A DNA stretch of 64,000 nucleotides from an uncultured Spirochaetota bacterium (GCA_963827275.1 CAWHAA010000006.1:192001-256000); one strand, 5' to 3'; positions 39,392-49,712 are shown, counted from the first letter of the stretch. The notes: generated from the sequence alone by a model not told the origin. Numbers and translations are program-made.

Positions 39392-41972
39392 ACTTTTCTT
39401 CGCCGCGATTGATCATCTCGTCCATGGCGTCATCAGATAGTTCCTTCACCTCTATGCCGATGATGGACTGGAGCTCCTTCAATGATTTAGGACGGGTCTG
39501 ATCGTCCAGGCGGCCCAATACCGCATATATCTGCTGAGGTTCGATTTTACCCTTGACCCGGATCTGTTTCATCTTTTCAACGGCGAAAATATCCTGGACG
39601 AGGCGGTAGGTGTCTTCGCTGATGAGGATATCGGTCCCGAACGGCTTATTGAGGGCCTCAATGCGGGAGGCGAGGTTGACCGGGTCGCCAATAACGGTAT
39701 ACTCCATACGGTCATCGGAACCTATCTGGCCCGCGAGGACCTCGCCGGTGTTTATGCCGCAGCCGATCCTGATATAGGGCTTTTTGGGCCCGCCGCGGTC
39801 ACTGTTGAAATCAATGAGCTCCCTGCGCATCATGAGGGCGCCGTTGATCGCGTTCTCCGTGTCATTCCCGTGTGATATCGGGGTGCCCCAGACGGCCATG
39901 ATCGCGTCCCCGATGAACTTGTCAACGACGCCGCTGGACTTTTCCACGCACATGACCATCCTGGTCATGTACTTGTTGAGAAACTCGACCACCTCCTCGG
40001 GCTCAAGCTTTTCCGATATCGCGGTGAACGCGCGGATGTCCGAAAACAGTATGGTCACTGTCTTGCGCTCGCCGCCGAGACGAAGCTCGCCGTGCAGCGC
40101 CGCTTCGGCAATCTCCTTGTTGACGAACTTGCCGAACGCCGACTTTATCTTTTCTCGTTCTTCGAGGCCTTTCCCCATTTCGATGAAGGTGCTGGTCAGC
40201 TCGCCGATCTCGTCTTTTGAAGTGGGTGCGATGTCAACACTGTACTGTCCCTCTATGATCTTTTTCGTTGCGCCGACGAGGCTGATTATCGGGTTGGTGA
40301 TCGTCTTGCCGAAAAAGAATATAATCATTATCGCCGCGGTGAGGATCATAGCCGTGATCAGCATGTTGCGCCACTGTATGTCGTACACCGCCTGGAATGC
40401 CTTGTTCTCCTCGGCGGACGCGATGATGCCGAACCCGCCGGTGTCGATCTTTTTGAAAGAGCCAAGATGGTAAACGCCCTTTTCGTCGCGATACCGGGTC
40501 TGGCCGTTGTCAATCTTGCTCTTCATCATCATGCCGCATATCGGTACCGTCGAAAGGTTGACGGCAGACTTGACGGCATTATTATCAGGGTGGGCGATCA
40601 CGTCCCCCTTGTAATTGACCATGTAGATGCTGGTTATGCCGGAGGTTTTGAATGTCTTGATAATATTGTCGAGATTGATGTAGCTGACCATGACGGATTG
40701 AACAGTACCGTCCGCCCTGCGCTCGTGGGGGAAGGAAAGGAGAAACGCGGGATGGTTCAGCGACGGCGAAACGTTGTTTATTGATATTTCACCGGAGAAA
40801 GAAAGTCCGTAAACTTCCCTGTTCGCCGCGTTTGATGCCGCGATATCATTCTCGGAAATGATAAACTTGTTCATCAGCGGCCTGTTGTAATAGGTCTTCG
40901 CGAATTCGGCTTCGCCGCTTTTGGCGTTCCGCCGCAGTATGCCGGAAAAGAAAAATTCTTTCTGCCCGGACGCGATCAGGTTTTCATAACCGGTCATGCT
41001 CTCATTTTTTTCCTTGAGCATGACCGAGCCTATGAGCTGGTATTTTTCAATTTCGGATTTTACCTTGAGGGCGATGACCTCCGACAGCTGTAAATTGCTC
41101 TCCTGCACGCGGACCATGTTGTCGTTCTTGAAAAAATAACTCGCGAGGAAGATCATGCCGGTCAGGGAGGCCATGATTATGATGGAGATAATTGAAATTA
41201 ACTTGAACCGTATCGAACGGTAGAAGGGGCCCTTTCCCGATAAGGCCGAATCCATCGATGATGGCGCCGCCGGTGTCTTTTTCTCCCCGTTGACCGCTTT
41301 AGTAGCGGCGCTGCCGGCCGCGGGAGTTGACGTGCCGCCGGTCTTCTTTTTACCTGAGCCCTGCGTTACGGGACGTACCTGCACCGGCAAGGGGGCTGGC
41401 TCCGGTTCGGCCTTCCTGTGCACTACCGGTGCGGACGGCTTTGATATGTGAGCCGCAGCGGTCCGATCGATCTTTATGGCATCGCGTATTGTGCCGGACT
41501 TGTTGACGGGAATGGAAACGGTCTCACTGAAACGCTCAAGTACGTGGCGATACTCGGACAATTCAGGCGCGTCCCTCTTAATGCCTGACACCGACTCAAT
41601 GGCTTCCTGCACGGACCTGCCGGTATAAATGTAATAACCTGCCAGGAAGGGAAGGGCGAAACGTGTCCTGTATGATATGATAAGGCACGCGCCTGTCTCG
41701 AGTGAGCTTTTGAAATCGCCTACCGCATTACGAAGGGTTCCAACATCGGGGGCATCGAAGTATAAGCTGAGGACCTTTATACCCGTTTTGCTGAAACTGT
41801 TTATAAGCTCCAGGTATATTCTTGAATCGACCGGTTCAGAGGAGATAACGATAGTTGTCTTTATTTTATTCTGCTTGAGCTGCTTGATCTTGTCCCTGGT
41901 GAAATATTCTGATACTTGGTCCTGCGTGATGTTCTTTGACAGAAATTCAATGAAAATTTTGTTGGTTGCCAT
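39372..41972 (-). CDS. Membrane class III adenylate cyclase (N-terminal extra domain-linker-TM-Cache-TM-HAMP-cyclase)
   Basis: LFSDIRAFT, VDKFIGDAIM, YTVIGD.VNLASRIE (Lys/Thr specificity pair, consistent with ATP); HAMP TNPI...DEIGEL...F. Confidence 0.92.
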   Translation of the reverse strand: MATNKIFIEFLSKNITQDQVSEYFTRDKIKQLKQNKIKTTIVISSEPVDSRIYLELINSFSKTGIKVLSLYFDAPDVGTLRNAVGDFKSSLETGACLIISYRTRFALPFLAGYYIYTGRSVQEAIESVSGIKRDAPELSEYRHVLERFSETVSIPVNKSGTIRDAIKIDRTAAAHISKPSAPVVHRKAEPEPAPLPVQVRPVTQGSGKKKTGGTSTPAAGSAATKAVNGEKKTPAAPSSMDSALSGKGPFYRSIRFKLISIISIIIMASLTGMIFLASYFFKNDNMVRVQESNLQLSEVIALKVKSEIEKYQLIGSVMLKEKNESMTGYENLIASGQKEFFFSGILRRNAKSGEAEFAKTYYNRPLMNKFIISENDIAASNAANREVYGLSFSGEISINNVSPSLNHPAFLLSFPHERRADGTVQSVMVSYINLDNIIKTFKTSGITSIYMVNYKGDVIAHPDNNAVKSAVNLSTVPICGMMMKSKIDNGQTRYRDEKGVYHLGSFKKIDTGGFGIIASAEENKAFQAVYDIQWRNMLITAMILTAAIMIIFFFGKTITNPIISLVGATKKIIEGQYSVDIAPTSKDEIGELTSTFIEMGKGLEEREKIKSAFGKFVNKEIAEAALHGELRLGGERKTVTILFSDIRAFTAISEKLEPEEVVEFLNKYMTRMVMCVEKSSGVVDKFIGDAIMAVWGTPISHGNDTENAINGALMMRRELIDFNSDRGGPKKPYIRIGCGINTGEVLAGQIGSDDRMEYTVIGDPVNLASRIEALNKPFGTDILISEDTYRLVQDIFAVEKMKQIRVKGKIEPQQIYAVLGRLDDQTRPKSLKELQSIIGIEVKELSDDAMDEMINRGEEKYEIIEK

Positions 41973-42453
41973 AGATTATAATATACCAGTTAAATTAAAT
42001 GTAATAATTAGATTTAAATTTAAAGCACTTTTTATTATTATTTCATCAAAAAAACAGAATTTAATGGTTATCAACAGTATTTTGTACATTTTTTTATACA
42101 ATAATTTAGTAATTTATCTACCACTAAAAATCTTATGTCATCTATGATTATGATCGGCAATTCAGGCCCATTCCTTGTGTAGAATTACCCGTGTAATACC
42201 CGGATAAAAAATGATTATTTGGATAGATAGGGGATTTCAGGTCAAGCCCATAACCGGCAAAAGGACGGCGCGGCTTTGAGTCCCAGGGCGATCTTGCAAT
42301 ATCTGGAATTGTGTAATATTATTGACATCATCGACCTGTTACTGCTATACCGTATTCAAATTACAACTGTACTTTATGGGCCGTTCACTTGCTCCGATGG
42401 TCATATCTCTTCGGATAAAAACCAGGGGCAAAACGTGGCTGCGATAATCTGAT

Positions 42454-43104
42454 ATGACATTAGATGAAGCGATAGAACAAAAAAAGAGGATCAAGATTCT
42501 CGCCTATTCCGTCAGCGATTATGTGGAACATCGCATGAAGGAGGTACTGGAACTCATATTTAAAAAATATGACAGGCCGGACCTGGTGCCACCGGTATAT
42601 ACCTGTCTCAAGGAACTCCTCATTAATGCCGTAAAAGCCAACTTCAAAAACATATATTTCGAAGGATATACCCCGAAAAATGATTCTGAAAGCATTATAG
42701 ACTACGAACTTGCCCTTAAGCTGTTCAAACTTGAGCTCAGTCGTGAAAATGCACACCACCTCGAACGGCTTGCCAGAAAACTGGACATGAGGGCAGAAGT
42801 GACTATCCAGCATGAGGATAATTGCCTGAATATCACGGTAACGAACCCCGTCGGCATGACCGAGCGCGAAAAAAACAACGTTGAATACAAGCTCGCCTGC
42901 GCCAGCAGGTACAACGATATATCGGAATATTTCGCCGAAAACGAGGATGATGTCAACACCGATGTCGATGAGGGCGCGGGGCTTGGCATAATATTGATAT
43001 CAATGATGCTTAAAAATATGGGCGCATCCAGCCAGGATTTCAGGATAACATCCGAAGACCGCAGGACAACTGCCAGCCTGAAAGTGCCGATCATGCCCGG
43101 GTAA
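42454..43104 (+). CDS. Stand-alone HATPase_c/GHKL-like protein
   Basis: N-box LKELLINAVKAN; G-box EGAGLGIILI; no HisKA domain. Confidence 0.7.
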   Translation: MTLDEAIEQKKRIKILAYSVSDYVEHRMKEVLELIFKKYDRPDLVPPVYTCLKELLINAVKANFKNIYFEGYTPKNDSESIIDYELALKLFKLELSRENAHHLERLARKLDMRAEVTIQHEDNCLNITVTNPVGMTEREKNNVEYKLACASRYNDISEYFAENEDDVNTDVDEGAGLGIILISMMLKNMGASSQDFRITSEDRRTTASLKVPIMPG

Positions 43105-43204
43105 TCTATTACAAATATTTATGGATTTTTTTCAAAAAATCCTTGTCTTTTTTTAATCCAGGAAATTTATATTATCATTCTTATTCAATCAAAGAAGGAA
43201 TCGA

Positions 43205-43756
43205 ATGGTACCAAATAAACTTTTTCTAACCAAGGGTGTCGGCGTACACAAGAACAAGCTTTCCTCGTTTGAGCTTGCACTACGAAATGCCGGTATTGAA
43301 AAATGCAATCTCGTGTATGTTTCCAGCATCCTTCCGCCAAAATGCAAAATAGTGCCAAAAAAGGAAGGCGTTAAACTGCTCCGTCCGGGCCAGATCACCT
43401 ATTGCGTAATGGCCCGCAACGAAACATGCGAGCCCAACCGGCTCATTTCGGCGGCAATCGGCATTGCGATGCCGCGCGATCTGCAGAATTACGGGTACCT
43501 TTCAGAACACCACTCCTTCGGCGAGGTGGCGAAAATCTCGGGTGATTTCGCCGAGGACCTCGCAGCAACGATGCTCGCGTCAACACTCGGATTACCCTTT
43601 GATTCAGACCAGGCCTGGGACGAACGAAAACAGGTATACCGTGCAAGCGGGCACATTTTCAAGACCAGAAATATCTGCCAGTCATCTGAAGGTAATAAGA
43701 ACGGGCTCTGGACAACCGTGGTTGCTGCCGCAGTCCTTTTAATCGAAGAATGCTGA
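43205..43756 (+). CDS. pdaD: Pyruvoyl-dependent arginine decarboxylase
   Basis: SFELALR.AGI..NLV.VSSILPP (SS self-cleavage site), [17 protein letters not shown]. Confidence 0.92.
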   Translation: MVPNKLFLTKGVGVHKNKLSSFELALRNAGIEKCNLVYVSSILPPKCKIVPKKEGVKLLRPGQITYCVMARNETCEPNRLISAAIGIAMPRDLQNYGYLSEHHSFGEVAKISGDFAEDLAATMLASTLGLPFDSDQAWDERKQVYRASGHIFKTRNICQSSEGNKNGLWTTVVAAAVLLIEEC

Positions 43757-43803
43757 ACATGGCCGGCATGATTGGCAGTGGACGATACAGTACCAGAAAC
43801 AGT

Positions 43804-44835
43804 CTAAAACATCGAACCCACAGCGTTCTTGCCTTTATCCTTAATGCTGAACATGGCCTTGTCGGCAGCTGAAAGCAGGCGTGTCAGGTTTGACGCGTCT
43901 TCCGGATACGCCGCAACCCCGAAGCTCGCGCTCAGGCTCGCATAAATCCCCTTGTTGCTGAGATATTTTGTCTTATTCATGAGCGAACGGATATCCTCTG
44001 CCTTCTGTATTCCCTGTTTTTTGTTACAGCCGGGAAGCACAATGACAAATTCATCGCCGCCGTAGCTTACCCCGAAGGCGGGACCCGAAAGCGAGTCTTT
44101 GATTGTCGTTGCCACCTCCTGTATTGCCTGGCTTCCATTGAGGTGCCCGTGGGTATCGACAATTTTTTTAAAGTTGTCAAGGTCCATGAAAATCAGCGCG
44201 AACGGCTTGCCGGACCCCTTGCTTGTCTCAAAAAGCTCCGCGAGGGCCTGGTAAAGGTAGCGCGTATTGAATAAACCGGTCAGATCATCCTTGTTCGCGA
44301 GCGCTTGAATATGCTGGTAGCGGCGGGTATTCTCAACAGCGATCGCGGCGTAATCGGCGAAAAACATCATGAGTGAAAGCGCCTTGTTGTTTGTCTTGTG
44401 CGGATTGATCGCTTCAATTACACCGATGGTCTGGCTCCCGAATATGAGGGGAACGCAGAGGACTGATTTTGTCAGCTTTCCTGAAATACGGTCTATCTGG
44501 TCATTGAAATAGGGGCACGTGCTGACGTCCGGAACCACCAGGGGTTGCTGGGAAACGGCCACCTGGCCGGCGATGCCCTGGCCGGACTTGATGCGGATGT
44601 CCTTCACCTCTTCCATGTTAAGGTCGATGCTCAGCTTGAACCGCAGTTCTTTAGTGTCGCTGTCATATAAAAGTATGGACCAGGTATCTGCCTGAATTAT
44701 TTCAGACAATTTCCTGAGGATCGAGCCATAGAGCCTGTTCGGATCGAGTTCCGATGTCAGGGCCTTGCCAAGGTCCATAAGGGAGCGCAGTTCACGGCGC
44801 GAAAGGTGCATTTCGCCATACATGGGTTGCTCCAT
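43804..44835 (-). CDS. GAF + GGDEF diguanylate cyclase (no RxxD I-site)
   Basis: GQGIAG.V GAF domain; DDLTGLFN, DLDNFK, GH..G, YGGDEF. Confidence 0.92.
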   Translation of the reverse strand: MEQPMYGEMHLSRRELRSLMDLGKALTSELDPNRLYGSILRKLSEIIQADTWSILLYDSDTKELRFKLSIDLNMEEVKDIRIKSGQGIAGQVAVSQQPLVVPDVSTCPYFNDQIDRISGKLTKSVLCVPLIFGSQTIGVIEAINPHKTNNKALSLMMFFADYAAIAVENTRRYQHIQALANKDDLTGLFNTRYLYQALAELFETSKGSGKPFALIFMDLDNFKKIVDTHGHLNGSQAIQEVATTIKDSLSGPAFGVSYGGDEFVIVLPGCNKKQGIQKAEDIRSLMNKTKYLSNKGIYASLSASFGVAAYPEDASNLTRLLSAADKAMFSIKDKGKNAVGSMF

Positions 44836-45017
44836 TGGGGCAATCGGGCCGGGAACGAGGCAGCGGGGCTTATTAGAGCGTCCGTCATGTGTCCCGATTC
44901 TCCCCTTATTTGATACTGTCGTTTCTATCAGTTCAAAAATCAGGAGAGATTTTTACAAGAACTTTTTCAGTATAATTGAGGAACTGGTGCAAATACGGCT
45001 TATTTTTCGCAGGCGGT

Positions 45018-45725
45018 CTACTCCGGGTTCCGCGCCGAAACAAAGGAGAGTGAAACTGCTCCGAGAAGGAGACCCGCCACGAAACCAAGCGCGTGAGCAA
45101 GATAGCTTACATGGGGGTCAAAGGCCGACGGGAACATCATGACGAGCGAAAACCCGAGCGCCCTGAATATGCGCACCGGCACTGAATGGTCGGTTTCATA
45201 TCTTATATAAAAAACGAGCCATAACGCCACCATGCCGTACGCCATACCGGAAGCGCCGATCAGCCTGACTTCCGGCCGATAGATCAACACCGTGGCAAGG
45301 TTGGCTATCATCCCGGCAGTGAAGGAGAGGAACGGGAACGCGATTGCGCCGAAATACGCCTTCAGCATCCACCCGAACACCAGGAATATGAGCGCGTTTG
45401 CCAGGAGGTGGCCCGGATCGGCGTGGGCGAAGAGCGAGGTGGCGATCCGCCAGAATTCGTGGCGGTTGATCAGCGCATCGCCGCTGAGCCAGAGGAGATC
45501 ACCTTCGGGAGAGCCCTGGAACACGACGGTTGCGATATAAAACATGATGAACGCCAGCACTGCCGGTATCGCGTGGCGCATTGAAGGGAAATGCGCCAGC
45601 GGCCCGGGCTGACGCGGCGGCTCCTCGCGAAAGTCTTCCGGGTCGGGGGCCCAGTCATTTTCATTTTCCCCCCGGAAAACGTCTTTTAAGCGGTTATCCT
45701 GTTCGTTGTCGGCGGTCACCGGCAT
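45018..45725 (-). CDS. Rhomboid intramembrane serine protease
   Basis: WR..TS.F.H...HL.AN, IGASG, SYLAHALG. Confidence 0.9.
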   Translation of the reverse strand: MPVTADNEQDNRLKDVFRGENENDWAPDPEDFREEPPRQPGPLAHFPSMRHAIPAVLAFIMFYIATVVFQGSPEGDLLWLSGDALINRHEFWRIATSLFAHADPGHLLANALIFLVFGWMLKAYFGAIAFPFLSFTAGMIANLATVLIYRPEVRLIGASGMAYGMVALWLVFYIRYETDHSVPVRIFRALGFSLVMMFPSAFDPHVSYLAHALGFVAGLLLGAVSLSFVSARNPE

Positions 45726-45740
45726 GCTCCTGCTCTGGTG

Positions 45741-46076
45741 TCAGGGCGCGACAACGTAATCATCGCGTATCGGGTGCCAGGCATCGACGGCGATCGTGAA
45801 GGCATCCATAACGCGGCCGCTGTGGAGAACGTTTGAGGGGACAATGGCGACGTCCCCCTTGTGCATGACCCTCGTTGAGCCGTTTACGGTCAGCTCAAGG
45901 GAGCCTTCCACGACAAGGCTTATCTGCTCGTGATCGTGCCGGTGCTCCGGCAGTATCGAACCCGGCTCCATCTCGACCCAGGTGATCATGACATTCGAAA
46001 GGTGCGCTTCTTTGAAGAGAAAGCCGGGCAGCCGGCTGACTCCCTTTTTTGTTTTAAATGAGTCGAAATAATCCAT
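45741..46076 (-). CDS. Cupin domain protein
   Basis: PEHRHDHEQ...V.EG; GD...VPSNVLH. Confidence 0.9.
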   Translation of the reverse strand: MDYFDSFKTKKGVSRLPGFLFKEAHLSNVMITWVEMEPGSILPEHRHDHEQISLVVEGSLELTVNGSTRVMHKGDVAIVPSNVLHSGRVMDAFTIAVDAWHPIRDDYVVAP

Positions 46077-46169
46077 ACGGGGGCTCCTTTCCGTTTAATA
46101 ATGGTTTTTTCATACTATTCGAAGCAGGATGATTTGACAAATACAAAATATAATTAAAATAATGTCCAC

Positions 46170-46793
46170 ATGGCATCAAGTGAGAATCAGCTCCGGCAAC
46201 TGCGCACAGAGGTTGAAACGTGCCGCAAGTGCAGGCTCTGCGAGACAAGGACCAGCGTGGTCTTCGGTGAAGGGGACCCGGACGCCGAAATCATGTTCAT
46301 AGGGGAGGGACCGGGCAGACAGGAGGACCTCACGGGAAGGCCCTTCGTTGGACGCGCCGGCGATCTGCTCACCAGGATAATCGAGCTGGGCATGGGAGTG
46401 CCCCGTGCGCGCGTGTATATCGCGAACCTCGTGAAGTGCAGGCCGACCGTGGACATGAAGATGGAACGCGACAGGCCGCCTGACCAGGACGAGCTTCTGT
46501 CATGTTCACCATACCTGGCCAGGCAGGTTGAACTGATCCGGCCCGCCGTCATCGTCGCGCTGGGAAGCCCGTCGGCAAAATTCCTGTTGGATACTGCTTC
46601 AGGCATCACCAAAATCCGGGGGAAATGGGGGGAGTACTGCGGCATCCCCGTGATGCCGACCTACCACCCGAGCTACCTGCTCAGGAACGGCGGCGAATCG
46701 AGCCCCCTCAGGCGTGATGTATGGCATGATATAAAAAAGGCAATGGACAGGCTCGGATGGCCGGTTCCGCCATCTAAAAGAGGAGGGAAATAA
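46170..46793 (+). CDS. Uracil-DNA glycosylase family 4 (Fe-S)
   Basis: CRKCRL, GEGPG..ED..GRPFVG.AG, N.VKCRP, TYHPSYLLR. Confidence 0.95.
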   Translation: MASSENQLRQLRTEVETCRKCRLCETRTSVVFGEGDPDAEIMFIGEGPGRQEDLTGRPFVGRAGDLLTRIIELGMGVPRARVYIANLVKCRPTVDMKMERDRPPDQDELLSCSPYLARQVELIRPAVIVALGSPSAKFLLDTASGITKIRGKWGEYCGIPVMPTYHPSYLLRNGGESSPLRRDVWHDIKKAMDRLGWPVPPSKRGGK

Positions 46794-47461
46794 TGAAAGT
46801 ATGCGACGGCGTGTACGCCTATGTCTGGAAGGGCCATTTTGTCAATAATGCGAACATGTTCTGCTTCGGGGAGCCGCTCAATATCTTGTTCGATCCGGGT
46901 TTGAAGGACTATCTTGATGTTCGTTTCGAGGAAATGAAGCGCGACGGTCTTGATCCGGCGTCTATCAAGTATGTGATCAACACGCACTCGCATCCCGATC
47001 ATTTTGAAGGTTCAATCAATTATGCCGGCACGAAAGTCCCGATCGGCATGCATGAAGAGGAAATCTCGTTCTACAACAAAATCGGCCCGGCCTTCTTCCA
47101 GATGTTCGGGATGCCGTTCCCGGAAATCGATTTTGAAATTTTCATGAAGGAGGGGGTCTGGGAAGTCGCCGGCACCGGACTCCAGGTCTTCCATACCCCG
47201 GGACACTCGCCGGGTTCGATCTGCATTTACTGGAAAGAGAAAAAAGCACTGGTATGCGGCGACCTTATTTTCGAGCAGAGCGTAGGGAGGGTGGATTTCC
47301 CCGGCGGAGACGGCAAAAAACTGATAGAGAGCATTAAGCGCATGTCGGAGCTGGACATCGAGTACCTGCTGCCGGGCCATATGAACATAATAACCGGCGC
47401 CCGTAATATTAAAAATAATTTTGAGATGATAGAAAAATATTATTTTTCAATGATGGAATGA
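46793..47461 (+). CDS. MBL-fold metallo-hydrolase (glyoxalase II-like)
   Basis: THSHPDH, TPGHSPGS, GDLIF..SVGR.D.PGG, LLPGH. Confidence 0.9.
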   Translation: MKVCDGVYAYVWKGHFVNNANMFCFGEPLNILFDPGLKDYLDVRFEEMKRDGLDPASIKYVINTHSHPDHFEGSINYAGTKVPIGMHEEEISFYNKIGPAFFQMFGMPFPEIDFEIFMKEGVWEVAGTGLQVFHTPGHSPGSICIYWKEKKALVCGDLIFEQSVGRVDFPGGDGKKLIESIKRMSELDIEYLLPGHMNIITGARNIKNNFEMIEKYYFSMME

Positions 47462-47649
47462 TGCAACCGCAGCAGGGAACGTCAACCGGCCATCAATTTT
47501 CCGGCAATCCCGGAAAATTGTCACATGGAAATAATAATAATTATTCTCAAAAGATATTTATTGGGAACCTGGACCGCGTTAGTCGGGTCTTATTCCTGAT
47601 AAAAGGACGGTTTCATGGTCGGTATTTTTTTGTAAAACAGCGCAAAAAA

Positions 47650-47678
47650 AAACTGACATGTCAGTTTAATACTTGACA
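47650..47678 (+). promoter_or_regulatory. Perfect 18-bp palindrome (candidate operator) next to a -35 box
   Basis: AAACTGACATGTCAGTTT at 47650-47667; TTGACA at 47673-47678. Confidence 0.6.
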
Positions 47679-47815
47679 GGTGAATTTACGTCGTTTTATC
47701 TACTTTTCTATTAAATTCAACCCGCGATAGACGCTATATGGCGGGTTGATACGATAATCAATCCGACAGTAAAATATTGATTATCAAAAAATAAATATCT
47801 TCCGGGGAGGTTTAT

Positions 47816-48526
47816 ATGTTTAAAAGGATTTCTGTTCTCATCGCGGCATTATTCGTATTCATCGCCGTTACCGGCAACAACGTTGAGGCCGCTAAACAGT
47901 ATCAATGGAAAGCCGAAGGATCAAATGAAGGGTGCCAGGTATTTACCAGTACGGTGCCGGGAAAACCGTATATTGCGGCCAAAGCAATACGCATCATTCC
48001 CGCAAAAATGGACGAGATCGGGATGGTTTTACGGGACATTGAAAATTACAAAAAGTGGATGAAGGACTGCACGAACACAAAAATTCTTAAAGTCGTCAGT
48101 GAACAGAATGATACGTTTATACTCTGGTTCCACCAGCATGTTCCGCTCTTGACGGACCGCGACATGGTGCTCAAATCAAATGTCACTCTTAACTACAGGA
48201 ATGGTAAGAGCCAGATATACGCCGAGTCCACGAAGGAAATGAATTACGATTCGGGCAAGAAGCTTGTCCGCATGCCTTCTTTCAGCTCCGATTTCCTGCT
48301 CGAGTGGGTGGACCGCGATCATACAAAGGTCACGTTTATCATTGACCCCGACCTCGACAAGGGCGTGCCGGTCGGGATAGCGAATGCGACGATCAAGGGG
48401 ATCCCGGCGAAGTCTCTGGCAGGCCTTGCCAAAATGGTCAAGGACAAGAAATATGTTGAAGGCGCTAAAACATCCAAGTACAACAAGATGATCAACGATT
48501 CGATCAGGCAGGGCTACCTGAAATAA
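47816..48526 (+). CDS. Secreted START-domain (lipid-binding) protein
   Basis: SD GGGAGG; signal peptide; D.ENY.KW, P.LTDRDMV, T.VT...DP...VP. Confidence 0.8.
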   Translation: MFKRISVLIAALFVFIAVTGNNVEAAKQYQWKAEGSNEGCQVFTSTVPGKPYIAAKAIRIIPAKMDEIGMVLRDIENYKKWMKDCTNTKILKVVSEQNDTFILWFHQHVPLLTDRDMVLKSNVTLNYRNGKSQIYAESTKEMNYDSGKKLVRMPSFSSDFLLEWVDRDHTKVTFIIDPDLDKGVPVGIANATIKGIPAKSLAGLAKMVKDKKYVEGAKTSKYNKMINDSIRQGYLK

Positions 48527-48546
48527 ACGACGGCACAGAGAAACTC

Positions 48547-48586
48547 AAACGCCCACGCTATACCGAAAAAAAGCGTGGGCGTTTTT
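48547..48586. terminator. Rho-independent terminator, possibly bidirectional, between convergent genes
   Basis: 13-bp stem AAACGCCCACGCT / AGCGTGGGCGTTT followed by Ts. Confidence 0.8.
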
Positions 48587-48640
48587 ATCTGTGCTGGTCC
48601 TGGCCGCAGCCGGCAATATGGCCGGCGGGGCGCCAATCGT

Positions 48641-49712
48641 TCAATAGGGTGTGACCATTTCCCTGATCGTCCCCGATTCAACCGCTTCAAAAAATTCTTC
48701 GCCGAGTATTTTCGCGCCGTCGACCGCCTTTTTCCAGTATGACAAACGCTCGTCATCATGCCCGTAAAATTTCATGAAATCGTTCCGGTCGGGTATTTTC
48801 CCGTAGGGGAGTGCATCAATAAAAGGGTGTGACGGGCACACAATGAGGACATTCCGCATATTGTATTTTCCCGCCCTGCGCCATCCGAGGTGCTTGTCCA
48901 GCCATCCGGGGATGACAGAACCGGTATAATGGGGATACAGCACGATGCGGTCGGGGTCAGGATCGAAAGGAACATCCATGTGGTAATCAATCATCCCCCC
49001 GTCACGGTACACGCCGCTGGGCGCTCCGGGGATATCCTCCACACCGTTCATTACGAGCGGAATCGAGCCTGAAGCCATGATGGCCGGCTTCAGGTTGTCA
49101 GGCCCGAGAGGCACGCGGTGCGACGTGAAGCGCTTCATGCCCATGAATGGCGGCAGCTCCCGGGGGTCATGAAAAAGCGTTCGTTCAAAAAAAAGGCCCA
49201 TGGCGCGTCGGGTAGCGAAATTGCCTATGGTCGCCAGGGCCATTCCTGCCGCGAGAGCCGGGCGCGTCCGTGACGTAAATAGGTTCCTGGATCTGACGGC
49301 GAGCATGCTTAGCCGGATAAAGGGATGGGTGAGTATCTGCGAGACTGGTGTCATCGTTGACGTACCCGTCAAGTATCTTCCAGCTGGCGGTTGAAACCTC
49401 GTCCGTTGTCGGAAACCTTGAATAGCGCTGGTCGAGATAGAGCGCCTCAAACGCATCGATGGCCAGTTCCGGGTCCGCCTGGGAAAGGGCGGCAAAACGC
49501 CATGAGCCTATCGAAGAGCCCAGCAAGAAAAGGGGCTGTTTCCTGTTTCTGAAATATTTCCCGAAGAGCACCCGGTCAATGCCGCCAAGCACAAGCCACT
49601 TGGGCCCGCCGGCAGCGCCGGGAATGACGCGTACCCGGTCAAGGTTCAGTCCTTCGTCCCGTATAATCTCAATTGCGCGGTCGCCTGCTATGAATGAAAT
49701 GTTTTTTAACAT
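48641..49712 (-). CDS. Patatin-like/alpha-beta hydrolase; +1 frameshift near 49346
   Basis: GAAGGPKW, GSSIG nucleophile elbow, ASGSIP, YRDGG. ORFs 49185..49712 and 48641..49495 join at YVNDDT/VSQILTHP. Confidence 0.85.

Noticed and set aside
44836..44888. Upstream ATG (44888, minus strand) with SD-like sequence for the GGDEF gene
   Set aside because: Out of frame with the ORF; it could be another indel, but there is no homology evidence to support extension.
47458..47676. 72-aa ORF after the MBL hydrolase
   Set aside because: Low-complexity AT-rich translation overlapping dyad and promoter elements; more likely intergenic.
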